From a virus, in the IMG/VR virus record IMGVR_UViG_3300027777_000028, positions 1-64,000 of that record: a DNA stretch of 64,000 nucleotides. One strand, given 5' to 3'. The notes beneath the pieces are model-generated. The model saw nothing but the letters and a program-made list of their open reading frames with translations, ran no database searches and had not been told where the DNA came from. Positions within the stretch are counted from its first letter, which is position 1. Each line of letters begins with the position of its first letter. The position numbers and the translations under genes are program-made. Below are positions 10,024-19,738 of this stretch, piece by piece.

Positions 10024-10051
10024 AATAGTTTTTTATATAAATATCTTTTAA

Positions 10052-12196
10052 TTAGATAAATATTTTACCCAACTCATTTTTATAAAAACTTATCATTTCA
10101 AAAATTTCAGAATTTTCACCTTCTAACTCTTTTACCTTATCTGTGAAATATTGAATTCTTTCTTTATAAAATTCAATTTGTTTGTTAACATCTTTTGAAA
10201 TTGATTGTTTTACCGGTGTTTTTGGAGTTTCTTTTTGTGTTGGAACTTTAAAATTACTTTGTAATGGCATTTCATAATAATAGATAAAATATGGGGGTTG
10301 TTTTTTTGGATTACTTACCGTTAACATTTTATTGTGGTCATTTCTAAACATAATGTATTTTTGTTCTGATCTATCAACATACAACATTACATCAACATTT
10401 TCACCTTTATATTTATTTTGACTATTCCACGAAGCCACTTTAAAATAATATCCCCTATCTCCACCATCAAAAAATTTAATATCGTTATTTTGATTTAGAA
10501 ATGGTTTAACTTGAAAATAAATTGTTTCTTTTCCTTTTATTTTCAAAACTATGTCTTGTCCTTTTTTTCGATCGTTGATGTCTCCTGAACAATGTTCATA
10601 CAGTTCATAAGTTATTCCTTCTTCGTCAGGATTTAAGTTATATATTTGACGAATAATATTTTTAGCATAACTTTCATTTTCCTTACCAATCTCGATTGTT
10701 CCTATATTTGGTTCTGATAATCTATCTAAATACATTCCTTCGTTTGAAAACAAATCAAATGCTCGATCTTTAATCCATGTTTTAAAGTCGGACAAACCTT
10801 CAGTTTCTTCTAACCAAATATTATATATTTCTTTTTTAACTTTACTGTTTGTATCAAAACGATTAATTATAGACCACTGACTTGTTCCACCAAATTTTTT
10901 CTCAGCGTATTCACCTCCTAAAACTCCAACTTCTGTGTTACATTTTTTGGTTTCAATTTTACCTAAACAACCGTTTTTATATTGCTTCCCATAACAACCA
11001 ACATATTGGGAATGAATTAATTCTCTTAACTTTTTTGGTGTATATGGGAACGCAAAAGTTGTGCTAATTTCATTTATATTTTCTTTTTTATCAACACTTT
11101 CTTTAATATTTTTCTTTTTTGTATGAAGGTTATATAGTTCTTCAACAAACTCCCAGTTTACCACATTCCAAAAATTGTTAATATATTCGTCTCTTTTGTT
11201 TTGGTATTTTAAATAATAAGCATGTTCCCAAACATCTAATCCTAAAATTGGAAAACCACCTTTTTTAACAATGTTCATCAAAGGGTTATCTTGATTTGGT
11301 GTTGACATTATTTTTAATTTCCCATCTTTCGCAATATACAACCAAGCCCAACCTGATCCAAAACGATCTTTAGCCGCTTCGTTAAATTCGTCCTTCATTT
11401 TTTTAATATTCCCAAAATCTTCTTTGATTTTTTTTAGAATTTCCCCTTTTGGTATTTGTTTTTTTGGTGATAACATTTTCCAAAATAGAGCATGATTAAA
11501 AGAACCTCCAGCATTATTTCTGACCTTGTTATCAAATTTTGATATTGAACGAACAATTTCTTCTAAGTCCATATCTCCATCAATATTTTTTAATGATTTA
11601 TTAAGTTTGTCAACATACCCTTTGTAGTGTTTGTTGTAGTGGACATTCATTGTTTTTGAATCGATAAATCTTGACAAGGAAGAATAAGAATATGGTAATT
11701 TTTCAATACCAATTTTTTTCATTTCAATCAACAAATTTTCTTCAATGGTTTTTTTCTCATTAATTATTATCTGTTCATTAACTAAATTTATTTTACCCTG
11801 TATTCCTTTTTGTTCATACATCAATTCTTCCATTTCAGGATTTTCTTTTTCAAACATTTTAATAAGTCTTCCCGCAAACGCATTTGCTTCGTCTTCGTTT
11901 TGACCCCCAATGTCAGGACCTTTTTTTCTTTTTAACACATCCATTTGGTATTCGTGAACCCATTCGTGAGCTAATGTTCTCATAATGTCTCGATTCATTC
12001 GATCACCAACCAATACTTTTATTATATTATCTGACATTCTACTACCTGTTGACATTTCACCTTTTTGTTGATCTAAAAAAAATATTTTTACATCGTTTTT
12101 TAAAGGAAATTCTTTTTGCAGAAGTTTTGTAAACTTATTAACAAAGTCTGTGTATTTTTTAAAATCTTTATTTTCATAATTAAATGATACTTTCAT
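10052..12196 (-). CDS. sod: Multidomain protein: HExxH zincin-like domain + Fe/Mn (Mn-type) superoxide dismutase + putative PD-(D/E)xK-like domain
   Basis: SOD at aa ~159-357: LPYSYSSL, H186, NNAGGSFNH(235), FGSGWAWL, NQDNP, D321VWEH325AYY. N-terminal HEWVH...EDEANAFAG. C-terminal E...DRKKGQD...QVK. Confidence 0.9.
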   Translation of the reverse strand: MKVSFNYENKDFKKYTDFVNKFTKLLQKEFPLKNDVKIFFLDQQKGEMSTGSRMSDNIIKVLVGDRMNRDIMRTLAHEWVHEYQMDVLKRKKGPDIGGQNEDEANAFAGRLIKMFEKENPEMEELMYEQKGIQGKINLVNEQIIINEKKTIEENLLIEMKKIGIEKLPYSYSSLSRFIDSKTMNVHYNKHYKGYVDKLNKSLKNIDGDMDLEEIVRSISKFDNKVRNNAGGSFNHALFWKMLSPKKQIPKGEILKKIKEDFGNIKKMKDEFNEAAKDRFGSGWAWLYIAKDGKLKIMSTPNQDNPLMNIVKKGGFPILGLDVWEHAYYLKYQNKRDEYINNFWNVVNWEFVEELYNLHTKKKNIKESVDKKENINEISTTFAFPYTPKKLRELIHSQYVGCYGKQYKNGCLGKIETKKCNTEVGVLGGEYAEKKFGGTSQWSIINRFDTNSKVKKEIYNIWLEETEGLSDFKTWIKDRAFDLFSNEGMYLDRLSEPNIGTIEIGKENESYAKNIIRQIYNLNPDEEGITYELYEHCSGDINDRKKGQDIVLKIKGKETIYFQVKPFLNQNNDIKFFDGGDRGYYFKVASWNSQNKYKGENVDVMLYVDRSEQKYIMFRNDHNKMLTVSNPKKQPPYFIYYYEMPLQSNFKVPTQKETPKTPVKQSISKDVNKQIEFYKERIQYFTDKVKELEGENSEIFEMISFYKNELGKIFI

Positions 12197-12197
12197 G

Positions 12198-12623
12198 TTA
12201 TCTTGGAGTGAAGAAAATTGGATATGACTCCATTACTTTTATACCTAATTGAGTGGTATATGTAACTTTAGCTTTATAATAACCCTCAACTGTTGCTGTG
12301 TAACTACTGTAAATTGCTTCAGAAATAACTTCAGATTCCAAATACCATTCCCAAACTGTAGACGTAACCATAATTGGAAATTGGGTTGGAGTCATTGCAT
12401 AAAAAGTGTCATGGTCTAAATTCACATATAATGAATTTCCAAAAACCAAACTTAATACTGTTGATTTTAAATCATCTATTTGTCCTTGTAGATTTATATC
12501 TACTTGATCGTTTTGAGAATCTTCTGAAGAAATTTTAGCTTCTAAAGATACGTCTATTAAATCCAGTGATTGTATTTCTTCTGGTAATCCATCAATTTGA
12601 CTTTGATCTAATTTTGTTGGCAT
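12198..12623 (-). CDS. Putative virion fibre/decoration protein (coiled coil + Ig-like C-terminus)
   Basis: Heptad segment LQGQIDDLKS, then the Ig-like strand pattern WEWY...SSYTATVEGYYKAKVTY. Confidence 0.45.
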   Translation of the reverse strand: MPTKLDQSQIDGLPEEIQSLDLIDVSLEAKISSEDSQNDQVDINLQGQIDDLKSTVLSLVFGNSLYVNLDHDTFYAMTPTQFPIMVTSTVWEWYLESEVISEAIYSSYTATVEGYYKAKVTYTTQLGIKVMESYPIFFTPR

Positions 12624-12643
12624 AATTTATTTTTAAATAAATA

Positions 12644-14410
12644 TCACCTTCTATTGATTAGTTTTAATATTTCTTCAGCAATATCACCACCACTTTCTTG
12701 AATTTCATCACCCATCACGGTTCTGATTATTTGTTTTTTCTTATTTAGAATGTCGTAAATTGCTCCCTCGATTGTATTTTCAAACAAAGGATAATAAACA
12801 AGGACATTTGATTTTTGACCATAACGATATGCTCTATCCTCGGCTTGTGCGTGTTCTGCAGGAACAAAAGATAGGTCGTTCATAATAACTGCTTCTGCGG
12901 ATGTCAATGTTAAACCAACACCTGCCGCCTTCAAATTTCCAACAAAAACTTTAATTTTTTCATCATTTTGAAAAGAGTCAACTGCTTGCTGTCTAAATGA
13001 ATTAGAACAACTACCATCAAGATAAACCGCATGTTTTCCAAAGTGATGATATATTGTTTGGAGTGTATCCGTAAAGTTTGTGAATATAATAACTTTTTTT
13101 CCTTGATCTATAATGTTTTCAGCAAACTCTATTGTTTGTCTTGTTTTTTCATTTGCAATTACTTTTCTAACTTTCATCAACTTTGAAAACTGAACCGTAA
13201 GTGATGAAGACTCATCGGGGTTTTTATCATACCAATCATAATAATCACCCATAAGTTCCTCATATTCTTTTGATTTTAATCTCAAATAAACGGGAGTAAT
13301 AATTTTATCAGGTAAATCTAAAACGTCTTCTTTTAATCTTCTAAGAATTTGTTTTGATGTTCGGTCTCTTAATTCCTCCAAGTTTGACGCTCCCGACACA
13401 TTCCAAACTTTTCTTTTTCCTGCCGTAAATTGAAATCCCTGACAATAACGAATCGCATATGCTTTCCAATTTTGAGCAACAGGACTTTCAATAATATTTA
13501 ATAAGTTATAATAGTTCATAGGACGAGATGTCATTGGTGTTCCCGTTAATAACCAAACTTTATCTATGTTTTTAACAAAACTATTTATGATTTTAGTTCT
13601 TTGAGCCTGTGCGTTAGAAATCATATGTGCTTCGTCCAATATTACCAAATCAAAATTGCTTTGAATTAATAAAGACTCTTCTTTCTTTTTGGGATCTGAG
13701 TCGTGGAAATTTTTTAAAATATCATAATTAACAATAACAAAATCAGATTCTGTTGAAAATTTCTTGCCTTCCGCAATAAAAATGGATCTATTAGAATAAT
13801 TTTCAATTTCACGTTGCCAATTAATCTTTAATGATGCTGGACAAATAATTAAGATTTTTTTAGATCCCGTTTCTAAAGCCGCAATGATAGTAGAAGTTGT
13901 CTTGCCTAAGCCCATGTCGTCCGCCAATATAAATCTTTTTGACCCTGTTAGTTTTTCAATTGCAATTTTCTGATGTTCAAGCGGAGGACGATGTGAATAC
14001 TTCGAATAATCAATAGTGACTGATTGAACATTGTGTGTTTTTATTAATGATGATTTTGGAATCCAAAATTCAGATAGTTTATCGTTTTCAAAAAACTTAG
14101 CCCAAACATGATATGATTTTTCTTTTTCTACCAATAATTTTTCAATATAAATTTGATCAGGTGTTTTTAACAAACATTTTTCTTCTGAAAACTTTTTAGC
14201 AAAATAAGTGTCCAACTCAACCCATTTTCGAGCAACTTTTGGTACTGAATCAAAATAATTTATAATATAATCTGCTTGAGTTCTTGTAGGATAAAATTTT
14301 GAAGAGGATTCTTTCTTATTTTTTAGGTATAAGATATAGTTATTCGAACCACTATATGTGTCTAGTAGTTCAAGGGCCTTATGTTCAACAAGAGACTTTT
14401 TGTTTTCCAA
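12644..14410 (-). CDS. SNF2-family (SMARCAL1/ZRANB3-like) helicase
   Basis: LADDMGLGKT, DEAH, LLTGTP, GVGLTL, QAEDRAYRYGQ. Likely TTG start at 14410. Confidence 0.92.
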   Translation of the reverse strand: MENKKSLVEHKALELLDTYSGSNNYILYLKNKKESSSKFYPTRTQADYIINYFDSVPKVARKWVELDTYFAKKFSEEKCLLKTPDQIYIEKLLVEKEKSYHVWAKFFENDKLSEFWIPKSSLIKTHNVQSVTIDYSKYSHRPPLEHQKIAIEKLTGSKRFILADDMGLGKTTSTIIAALETGSKKILIICPASLKINWQREIENYSNRSIFIAEGKKFSTESDFVIVNYDILKNFHDSDPKKKEESLLIQSNFDLVILDEAHMISNAQAQRTKIINSFVKNIDKVWLLTGTPMTSRPMNYYNLLNIIESPVAQNWKAYAIRYCQGFQFTAGKRKVWNVSGASNLEELRDRTSKQILRRLKEDVLDLPDKIITPVYLRLKSKEYEELMGDYYDWYDKNPDESSSLTVQFSKLMKVRKVIANEKTRQTIEFAENIIDQGKKVIIFTNFTDTLQTIYHHFGKHAVYLDGSCSNSFRQQAVDSFQNDEKIKVFVGNLKAAGVGLTLTSAEAVIMNDLSFVPAEHAQAEDRAYRYGQKSNVLVYYPLFENTIEGAIYDILNKKKQIIRTVMGDEIQESGGDIAEEILKLINRR

Positions 14411-14470
14411 ACTTAATCTTTTATAAAAGATAATCAATAATTGTATATTTATCAAGAAAAACCATTTCGT

Positions 14471-14983
14471 ATGAAGAATAATGTGCCAATAACAAGATTA
14501 GGAAAATTTTTTGGGGATCGTGATTTTGAGTTGGAAATTGAAATGGGTCAAGAATGGTTAATTGGTGATATGAACTATACTTGTGTATTGTATAGAATTG
14601 ATAGAAATAAAATTAAAACTGATGATGTTTACGGTGAAGTGGTTGAAGATGGTATTAAATTTTTACCCCCCGTTGAGTTTAATGCTTATGTAGGGATTGC
14701 TGGACCTGAAAATAAATTACTTGGGGCAACAAAATTGGATCAAGTAGAACCAGGAAATATTACAATGTCAGTTTACTTAAAAACTTTAAATGATCTTAAT
14801 ATCGATATAGATTTTGGGGATTATGTAGGATACTATGATAGTGAAAACTTTGTTAGATATTATACCGTAGTAAATGATGGTCGTGTTATTTCAGATATAA
14901 AACATACTTACAAAGGTTTCAAACCCTTTTACCGTAGTATTATTGGGGCTCCTGTTGGACCAAATGAATTTAGGGGATTATAA
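14471..14983 (+). CDS. Neck/head-closure protein (T4 gp14-like)
   Basis: DDVYGE motif, GDYV/YYTV beta pattern and position ahead of the terminator and sheath genes; ATG at 14471. Confidence 0.6.
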   Translation: MKNNVPITRLGKFFGDRDFELEIEMGQEWLIGDMNYTCVLYRIDRNKIKTDDVYGEVVEDGIKFLPPVEFNAYVGIAGPENKLLGATKLDQVEPGNITMSVYLKTLNDLNIDIDFGDYVGYYDSENFVRYYTVVNDGRVISDIKHTYKGFKPFYRSIIGAPVGPNEFRGL

Positions 14984-14999
14984 ATTAATAAAATTAATA

Positions 15000-16037
15000 A
15001 TGGCATTACCAAAACAAGTTAAACCGACATTACCTTTAACGTACCCCAAGACTCTTTTACCGAGAAGGGAACAAATAAAGGACATGATTACTAAGGATGG
15101 GACTTACCTACCTAAGTCATTACTTCATGCGGATCTTGATGGTGGATTTTTGGATTTTGTGAAGGAAAAATTTAATATTGTTTCTGAAGGAAAAAAAATA
15201 CCCGTAGTTGATATTTTAATAACAACACAAAATTGGTCTCAATTTGTTGAAACGTGGGATTTTCAAAACATTGATAAAAATATTGAGCCACCATTTTTAG
15301 CAATTATAAGAAATCCGGAAGTTAAATATGGAAATAACCCTGCGGTTATGTATAACATACCTGTTAGAAGAATGTATTATTACATGGAAATTCCAACTTG
15401 GGATGGAAATAGAAAAGGTGCCGACATTTATAAAATACCACAACCAGTTCCGATTGATTTAAAGTATACGGTAGCAATTGTATGTAATAGAATGAGAGAA
15501 GCAAATACCTTAAATCAAAGAGTTATGGAAACATTTGCATCAAGACAAGCATACCAAACAATTAACGGACATTACATTCCAATAATTAATGACTCGTTTT
15601 CTGATGAATCTGTTTTGGATTTAGAAAAAAGAAAATACTATATTCAAAAATATGATTTTACTATGATGGGGTTTTTGATTGATGAAGAACAATTCGAAGT
15701 GTCTCCTGCCATTAATAGAACTTTTCAAATGTTTGAAGTAGATACTCGTCCTGTTAAAAGACCACAGAAAAAACAAGATCCAGTTCAGTTAGGTTCAGTT
15801 ACTTTAGAATATCCAAATAGTGCAACAACAATGGAATATTATTTTGATTATGTGTGTAATTTATTTTTTGAAAACAGCACAAACATTCAAGACTATTCTG
15901 TTTACATCAATGATAATTATTATGGTGATAATGTTGATTTTATTCAAATAAATAATGGTGATACTTTAAGAATTGAAATTTCAATTGGGTTAACAAATGA
16001 AACACCAATTTTGGTATATACAAGAAAACTTATTTAA
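15000..16037 (+). CDS. Tail terminator/sheath stabiliser (T4 gp15-like)
   Basis: PQPVPIDLKYTVAI...YDFTMMGFL resembles gp15; lies between neck and sheath genes; ATG at 15000. Confidence 0.6.
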   Translation: MALPKQVKPTLPLTYPKTLLPRREQIKDMITKDGTYLPKSLLHADLDGGFLDFVKEKFNIVSEGKKIPVVDILITTQNWSQFVETWDFQNIDKNIEPPFLAIIRNPEVKYGNNPAVMYNIPVRRMYYYMEIPTWDGNRKGADIYKIPQPVPIDLKYTVAIVCNRMREANTLNQRVMETFASRQAYQTINGHYIPIINDSFSDESVLDLEKRKYYIQKYDFTMMGFLIDEEQFEVSPAINRTFQMFEVDTRPVKRPQKKQDPVQLGSVTLEYPNSATTMEYYFDYVCNLFFENSTNIQDYSVYINDNYYGDNVDFIQINNGDTLRIEISIGLTNETPILVYTRKLI

Positions 16038-16198
16038 ATTTCTCCGTATATATCTTTCTTATCTTTACACTTTTCCATTATTAGATTTTCTAAAAATTTA
16101 TACATTTTAATACCCCTCTTATCACAATACTTTTTTAAGACATCATGAACTTTGGCGTCTATTTTTAGATTTTTTATTGTTTTAACATCTTTATCCAT
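16034..16198 (-). CDS. Small ribbon-helix-helix (CopG/Arc-like) DNA-binding protein
   Basis: KNLKIDAKVHDVLKKYCDKRGIKMYKFLENLI beta-alpha-alpha pattern; has its own upstream TATTTAT on the minus strand. Confidence 0.6.
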   Translation of the reverse strand: MDKDVKTIKNLKIDAKVHDVLKKYCDKRGIKMYKFLENLIMEKCKDKKDIYGEI

Positions 16199-16279
16199 AG
16201 TGGTAGAAAAAAGGCAGAATAAAATCATACCAACATATAAATACTTTTTATTATGTAAAGTTTTTGATAAAAACCAAAG

Positions 16280-16286
16280 TATTTAT
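16280..16286 (+). promoter_or_regulatory. TATTTAT putative phage promoter motif (sheath copy, representative of 16)
   Basis: Also at + 2223, 5543, 14446, 19728, 20635, 22152, 24064, 36564, 41054, 44624, 45523, 47895, 57330 and - 10037-10043, 12637-12643, 16237-16243; each is oriented with the downstream gene. Confidence 0.65.
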
Positions 16287-16319
16287 AGTAAAAATAAATA
16301 ATTAAAAGTATTTTACAAT

Positions 16320-19300
16320 ATGGCAACTAACAGTAAGGTTTTTGTTTCGCCCGGTGTGTATACTTCTGAAGTTGACTTAAGCTTTGTAGCCCAAAGTGTC
16401 GGTGTAACTACATTAGGTATAGTTGGTGAAACTTTATTAGGTCCAGCTTTTGAACCTATTTTCATTACAAATTTCACAGAATTTGAAAGCGTATTTGGAC
16501 CAACGTCCCCAGAAAAATTCGTAAACACTCAAATTCCAAAATACGAAGCATCGTATATCGCTAAAGCTTATTTACAACAATCTAACCAATTGTTTGTTAC
16601 AAGAATTCTTGGTTTATCAGGATATGATGCAGGACCATCTTGGTCTGTAACAACTGTGGCTAACGTAGATCCATCAACAATTGGTGTTTGGTGTTTAAGT
16701 TCAGTTACGGATTATACAACTTGTGAAACTACTTGTGTTACTCCTAAAGAATTAACATTTACAGTTCCTTTTACCGCATGTACAAACTCTGTAACAACAA
16801 TCGGATATAACGCTAATTTCCCTGATGAAATTCAAGATATTCTTTTCACTCAATTTGAACAATTCAATGGATCAACGTCCACATTAGATTCACAAATCAG
16901 AAACTTAATTTTTGATGTAATAACTGATTCTAATCCATATATGGCGGAAGATGAATACATTTCATATTTTGGTTCAATAGACACTCAAGATTATAATACC
17001 TTAGAAGGTGCGGGATGGACAGCGGCAACTAATGTGTTTAATGTTCCTTCAGTTTCACTTGATGATACAAGTTTAACATCGCCATTAAATGATGCTTGGT
17101 ATTACGCTTTATTTACAAACACAGGAAATACTCACTACAGTGGTTATTCATTCTTTACTTATGTTTCAGGTTTGACTGCTTATTATCCTAACCCTACACC
17201 AACACCACAAGCAACAGCGTCTCCAACGCCAACTCCTTCATTTGTAAATCCTTGTATTACACCTTCACCATTTACATCACCAACACCAACTCCTACACCT
17301 GTTAATATCGATTGTTATTCAGGAACTATTGTTGGTAAAATTTATTACTATACAGGTACTTCATATGTTAATTATGATAATGTAGTTGTTGGAACATTAA
17401 GATCAAGAGGTATTTCAACTTATACAAACGCAACTAACCCAACATATTCAGTAACAGGAACATCTGACGTAACACTTAATATGACTGGACAATATTCGGC
17501 AGTATTGAAAAATCCTTATTCTACATTTGGTGTAAATGTAATTGATAAGTTTGGAACAAGTTATTCATTTGAAACTTCTTTTACACAAAATGATCCGGAA
17601 TATTGGTCAAAAGTATTTGGTGTTTCCAATTTCCAAAAACCAAGAATTGAAGTTCCAGTATTTGCTGAAGAAAACTTCCAGTCATGGTTAAATTACTCTT
17701 GGAAAAAAGGTTACATTAGAGGTTTAAATCCTAATTTAATTGCTCTTGACTCAGCTCAAAGTGGTGATCCAAATTCAATTGGTTGGTATTTAGATAAATG
17801 GCAAACACCAGTTTCACCTTTTGTTGTTTCAGAATTAAGAGGTAATAAAGTTTATGACCTATTTAGATTCTATACAGTTTCTGACGGTGACGCAGCAAAC
17901 ACATTGATTAAAATTTCAATTATTAATCAATCATATAATAACTTAACGTTTGATGTATTGATTCGTAGCTATTTTGATACAGATGCAAATCCTGTTGTTC
18001 TTGAGAAATTTACTAATTGTGCTATGGATCCGGGACAAAATAACTTTATCGGAAATAAAATTGGTACATTAGACGGAGAATACGCACTTAACTCAAGATA
18101 TGTAATGGTTGAGATGAGTGAAGATGCTCCAATCGACACACTACCTTGTGGATTCAACGGATTTAACTTTAGAAATTACGCAGGAGCTAATTCACCATTC
18201 CCAATTATCAAAGGAAAATATGATTTCCCTGGTGAAGTTATTTATAACCCACCATTTGGTTTATCTTCAGGAAATGATGATGCACTTACAAGTCCAGGTG
18301 ATAATGTAAGAAGAACTTATTTAGGTATTTCAAATTCTTATGGATGGGATCCAGCGTTCTTTGAATATGTCGGTAAAAGAAACCCAATTAATTCTTGTGA
18401 TATTGATGGTCTTCCATTTAATTATAGATCTGAAGGTTTCCACATGGACGTAAACGCAAGTGGTTTAACGATCGGACCTGAGTTTTCTACAAGTGGTGAA
18501 CCAAGATTTGTTTGTGGTAATTCATCATTCCTTACAGAACCTGAATCACCTACAAATGCTTATTACAGATTATTCGCACGTAAATTCACATTCTTAGTTC
18601 AAGGTGGATTTGATGGATGGGATATTTACAGAGAATGGAGAACAAATACTGACGAATATCAAATTGGTAGAAGAGGATTCCTTAACGGAGCTTGTCCATC
18701 ATCAAGATATCCTACCGCAGTTGGTTGGGGAGCATTTAAAGAAATTTCTTTGGGTGACGGTACACAAAATTTTGCTAACACCGACTACTACGCATACTTG
18801 TTAGGACAACAAACATTCGCTAACCCTGAAGCAACAAACATTAACGTTTTTGTTACACCTGGTATTGATTATGTAAATAACAGTAATTTGGTTGAGGATG
18901 CGGTTCAAATGATTGAATTCAACAGAGCAGATTCACTTTATGTTTGTACAACTCCTGACTACGACTTATATTTACCAACAACAACCGGTATTGATGGGTT
19001 TATCTACCCTACAGAAGCGGTTAATAATTTGGAAACCACAGGAATTGACTCAAACTATACGGCTACTTACTATCCGTGGGTATTGACAAGAGATAGTGTA
19101 AATAACACTCAAATCTACATTCCACCTACGGCTGAGGTAACAAGAAACTTAGCCTTGACAGATAACATCGCGTTCCCTTGGTTCGCAGCGGCGGGTTACA
19201 CTCGTGGTATTGTTAATTGTATCAAAGCTCGTAAGAAACTAACACAAGAAGATAGAGATACTCTTTATGTTGGTAGAATTAACCCAATTGCGACTTTCTC

Positions 19301-19670
19301 TGATGTTGGTACTGTAATTTGGGGTAATAAAACTCTACAAGTTAGAGAATCCGCTCTTGATAGAATTAACGTAAGAAGATTATTATTACAAGCACGTAAG
19401 TTGATTTCAGCAGTATCTATTAGATTGTTGTTTGAACAAAACGACGCACAAGTTAGACAAGACTTCTTAAACGCTGTTAATCCAATCTTAGATGCCATTA
19501 GAAGAGACCGTGGTTTATATGACTTCCGTGTAACCGTTTCGTCTTCTCCTGAAGATTTAGATAGAAACCAATTAACAGGAAAAATCTATATCAAACCTAC
19601 AAGAGCTCTTGAATTTATTGATATTACTTTCTACATCACTCCAACAGGAGCGTCGTTTGAAAATATCTAA
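16320..19670 (+). CDS. Contractile tail sheath protein (gp18-like) with large insertions
   Basis: N-terminal SPGVYTSEVDLS; C-terminal PWFAAAGYTRG, INPI, WGNKTL, RINVRRLL, IKPTRALEFIDITF. Confidence 0.96.
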   Translation: MATNSKVFVSPGVYTSEVDLSFVAQSVGVTTLGIVGETLLGPAFEPIFITNFTEFESVFGPTSPEKFVNTQIPKYEASYIAKAYLQQSNQLFVTRILGLSGYDAGPSWSVTTVANVDPSTIGVWCLSSVTDYTTCETTCVTPKELTFTVPFTACTNSVTTIGYNANFPDEIQDILFTQFEQFNGSTSTLDSQIRNLIFDVITDSNPYMAEDEYISYFGSIDTQDYNTLEGAGWTAATNVFNVPSVSLDDTSLTSPLNDAWYYALFTNTGNTHYSGYSFFTYVSGLTAYYPNPTPTPQATASPTPTPSFVNPCITPSPFTSPTPTPTPVNIDCYSGTIVGKIYYYTGTSYVNYDNVVVGTLRSRGISTYTNATNPTYSVTGTSDVTLNMTGQYSAVLKNPYSTFGVNVIDKFGTSYSFETSFTQNDPEYWSKVFGVSNFQKPRIEVPVFAEENFQSWLNYSWKKGYIRGLNPNLIALDSAQSGDPNSIGWYLDKWQTPVSPFVVSELRGNKVYDLFRFYTVSDGDAANTLIKISIINQSYNNLTFDVLIRSYFDTDANPVVLEKFTNCAMDPGQNNFIGNKIGTLDGEYALNSRYVMVEMSEDAPIDTLPCGFNGFNFRNYAGANSPFPIIKGKYDFPGEVIYNPPFGLSSGNDDALTSPGDNVRRTYLGISNSYGWDPAFFEYVGKRNPINSCDIDGLPFNYRSEGFHMDVNASGLTIGPEFSTSGEPRFVCGNSSFLTEPESPTNAYYRLFARKFTFLVQGGFDGWDIYREWRTNTDEYQIGRRGFLNGACPSSRYPTAVGWGAFKEISLGDGTQNFANTDYYAYLLGQQTFANPEATNINVFVTPGIDYVNNSNLVEDAVQMIEFNRADSLYVCTTPDYDLYLPTTTGIDGFIYPTEAVNNLETTGIDSNYTATYYPWVLTRDSVNNTQIYIPPTAEVTRNLALTDNIAFPWFAAAGYTRGIVNCIKARKKLTQEDRDTLYVGRINPIATFSDVGTVIWGNKTLQVRESALDRINVRRLLLQARKLISAVSIRLLFEQNDAQVRQDFLNAVNPILDAIRRDRGLYDFRVTVSSSPEDLDRNQLTGKIYIKPTRALEFIDITFYITPTGASFENI

Positions 19671-19688
19671 ATTTATCAGATCATAAAT

Positions 19689-19718
19689 AAGGGGGGAACA
19701 TTAGTTCCCCTTTTTTTT
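19689..19718 (+). terminator. Rho-independent terminator after the sheath gene
   Basis: GGGGAAC-ATTA-GTTCCCC followed by T8. Confidence 0.85.
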
Positions 19719-19738
19719 AATTTAAGATATTTATTGTT

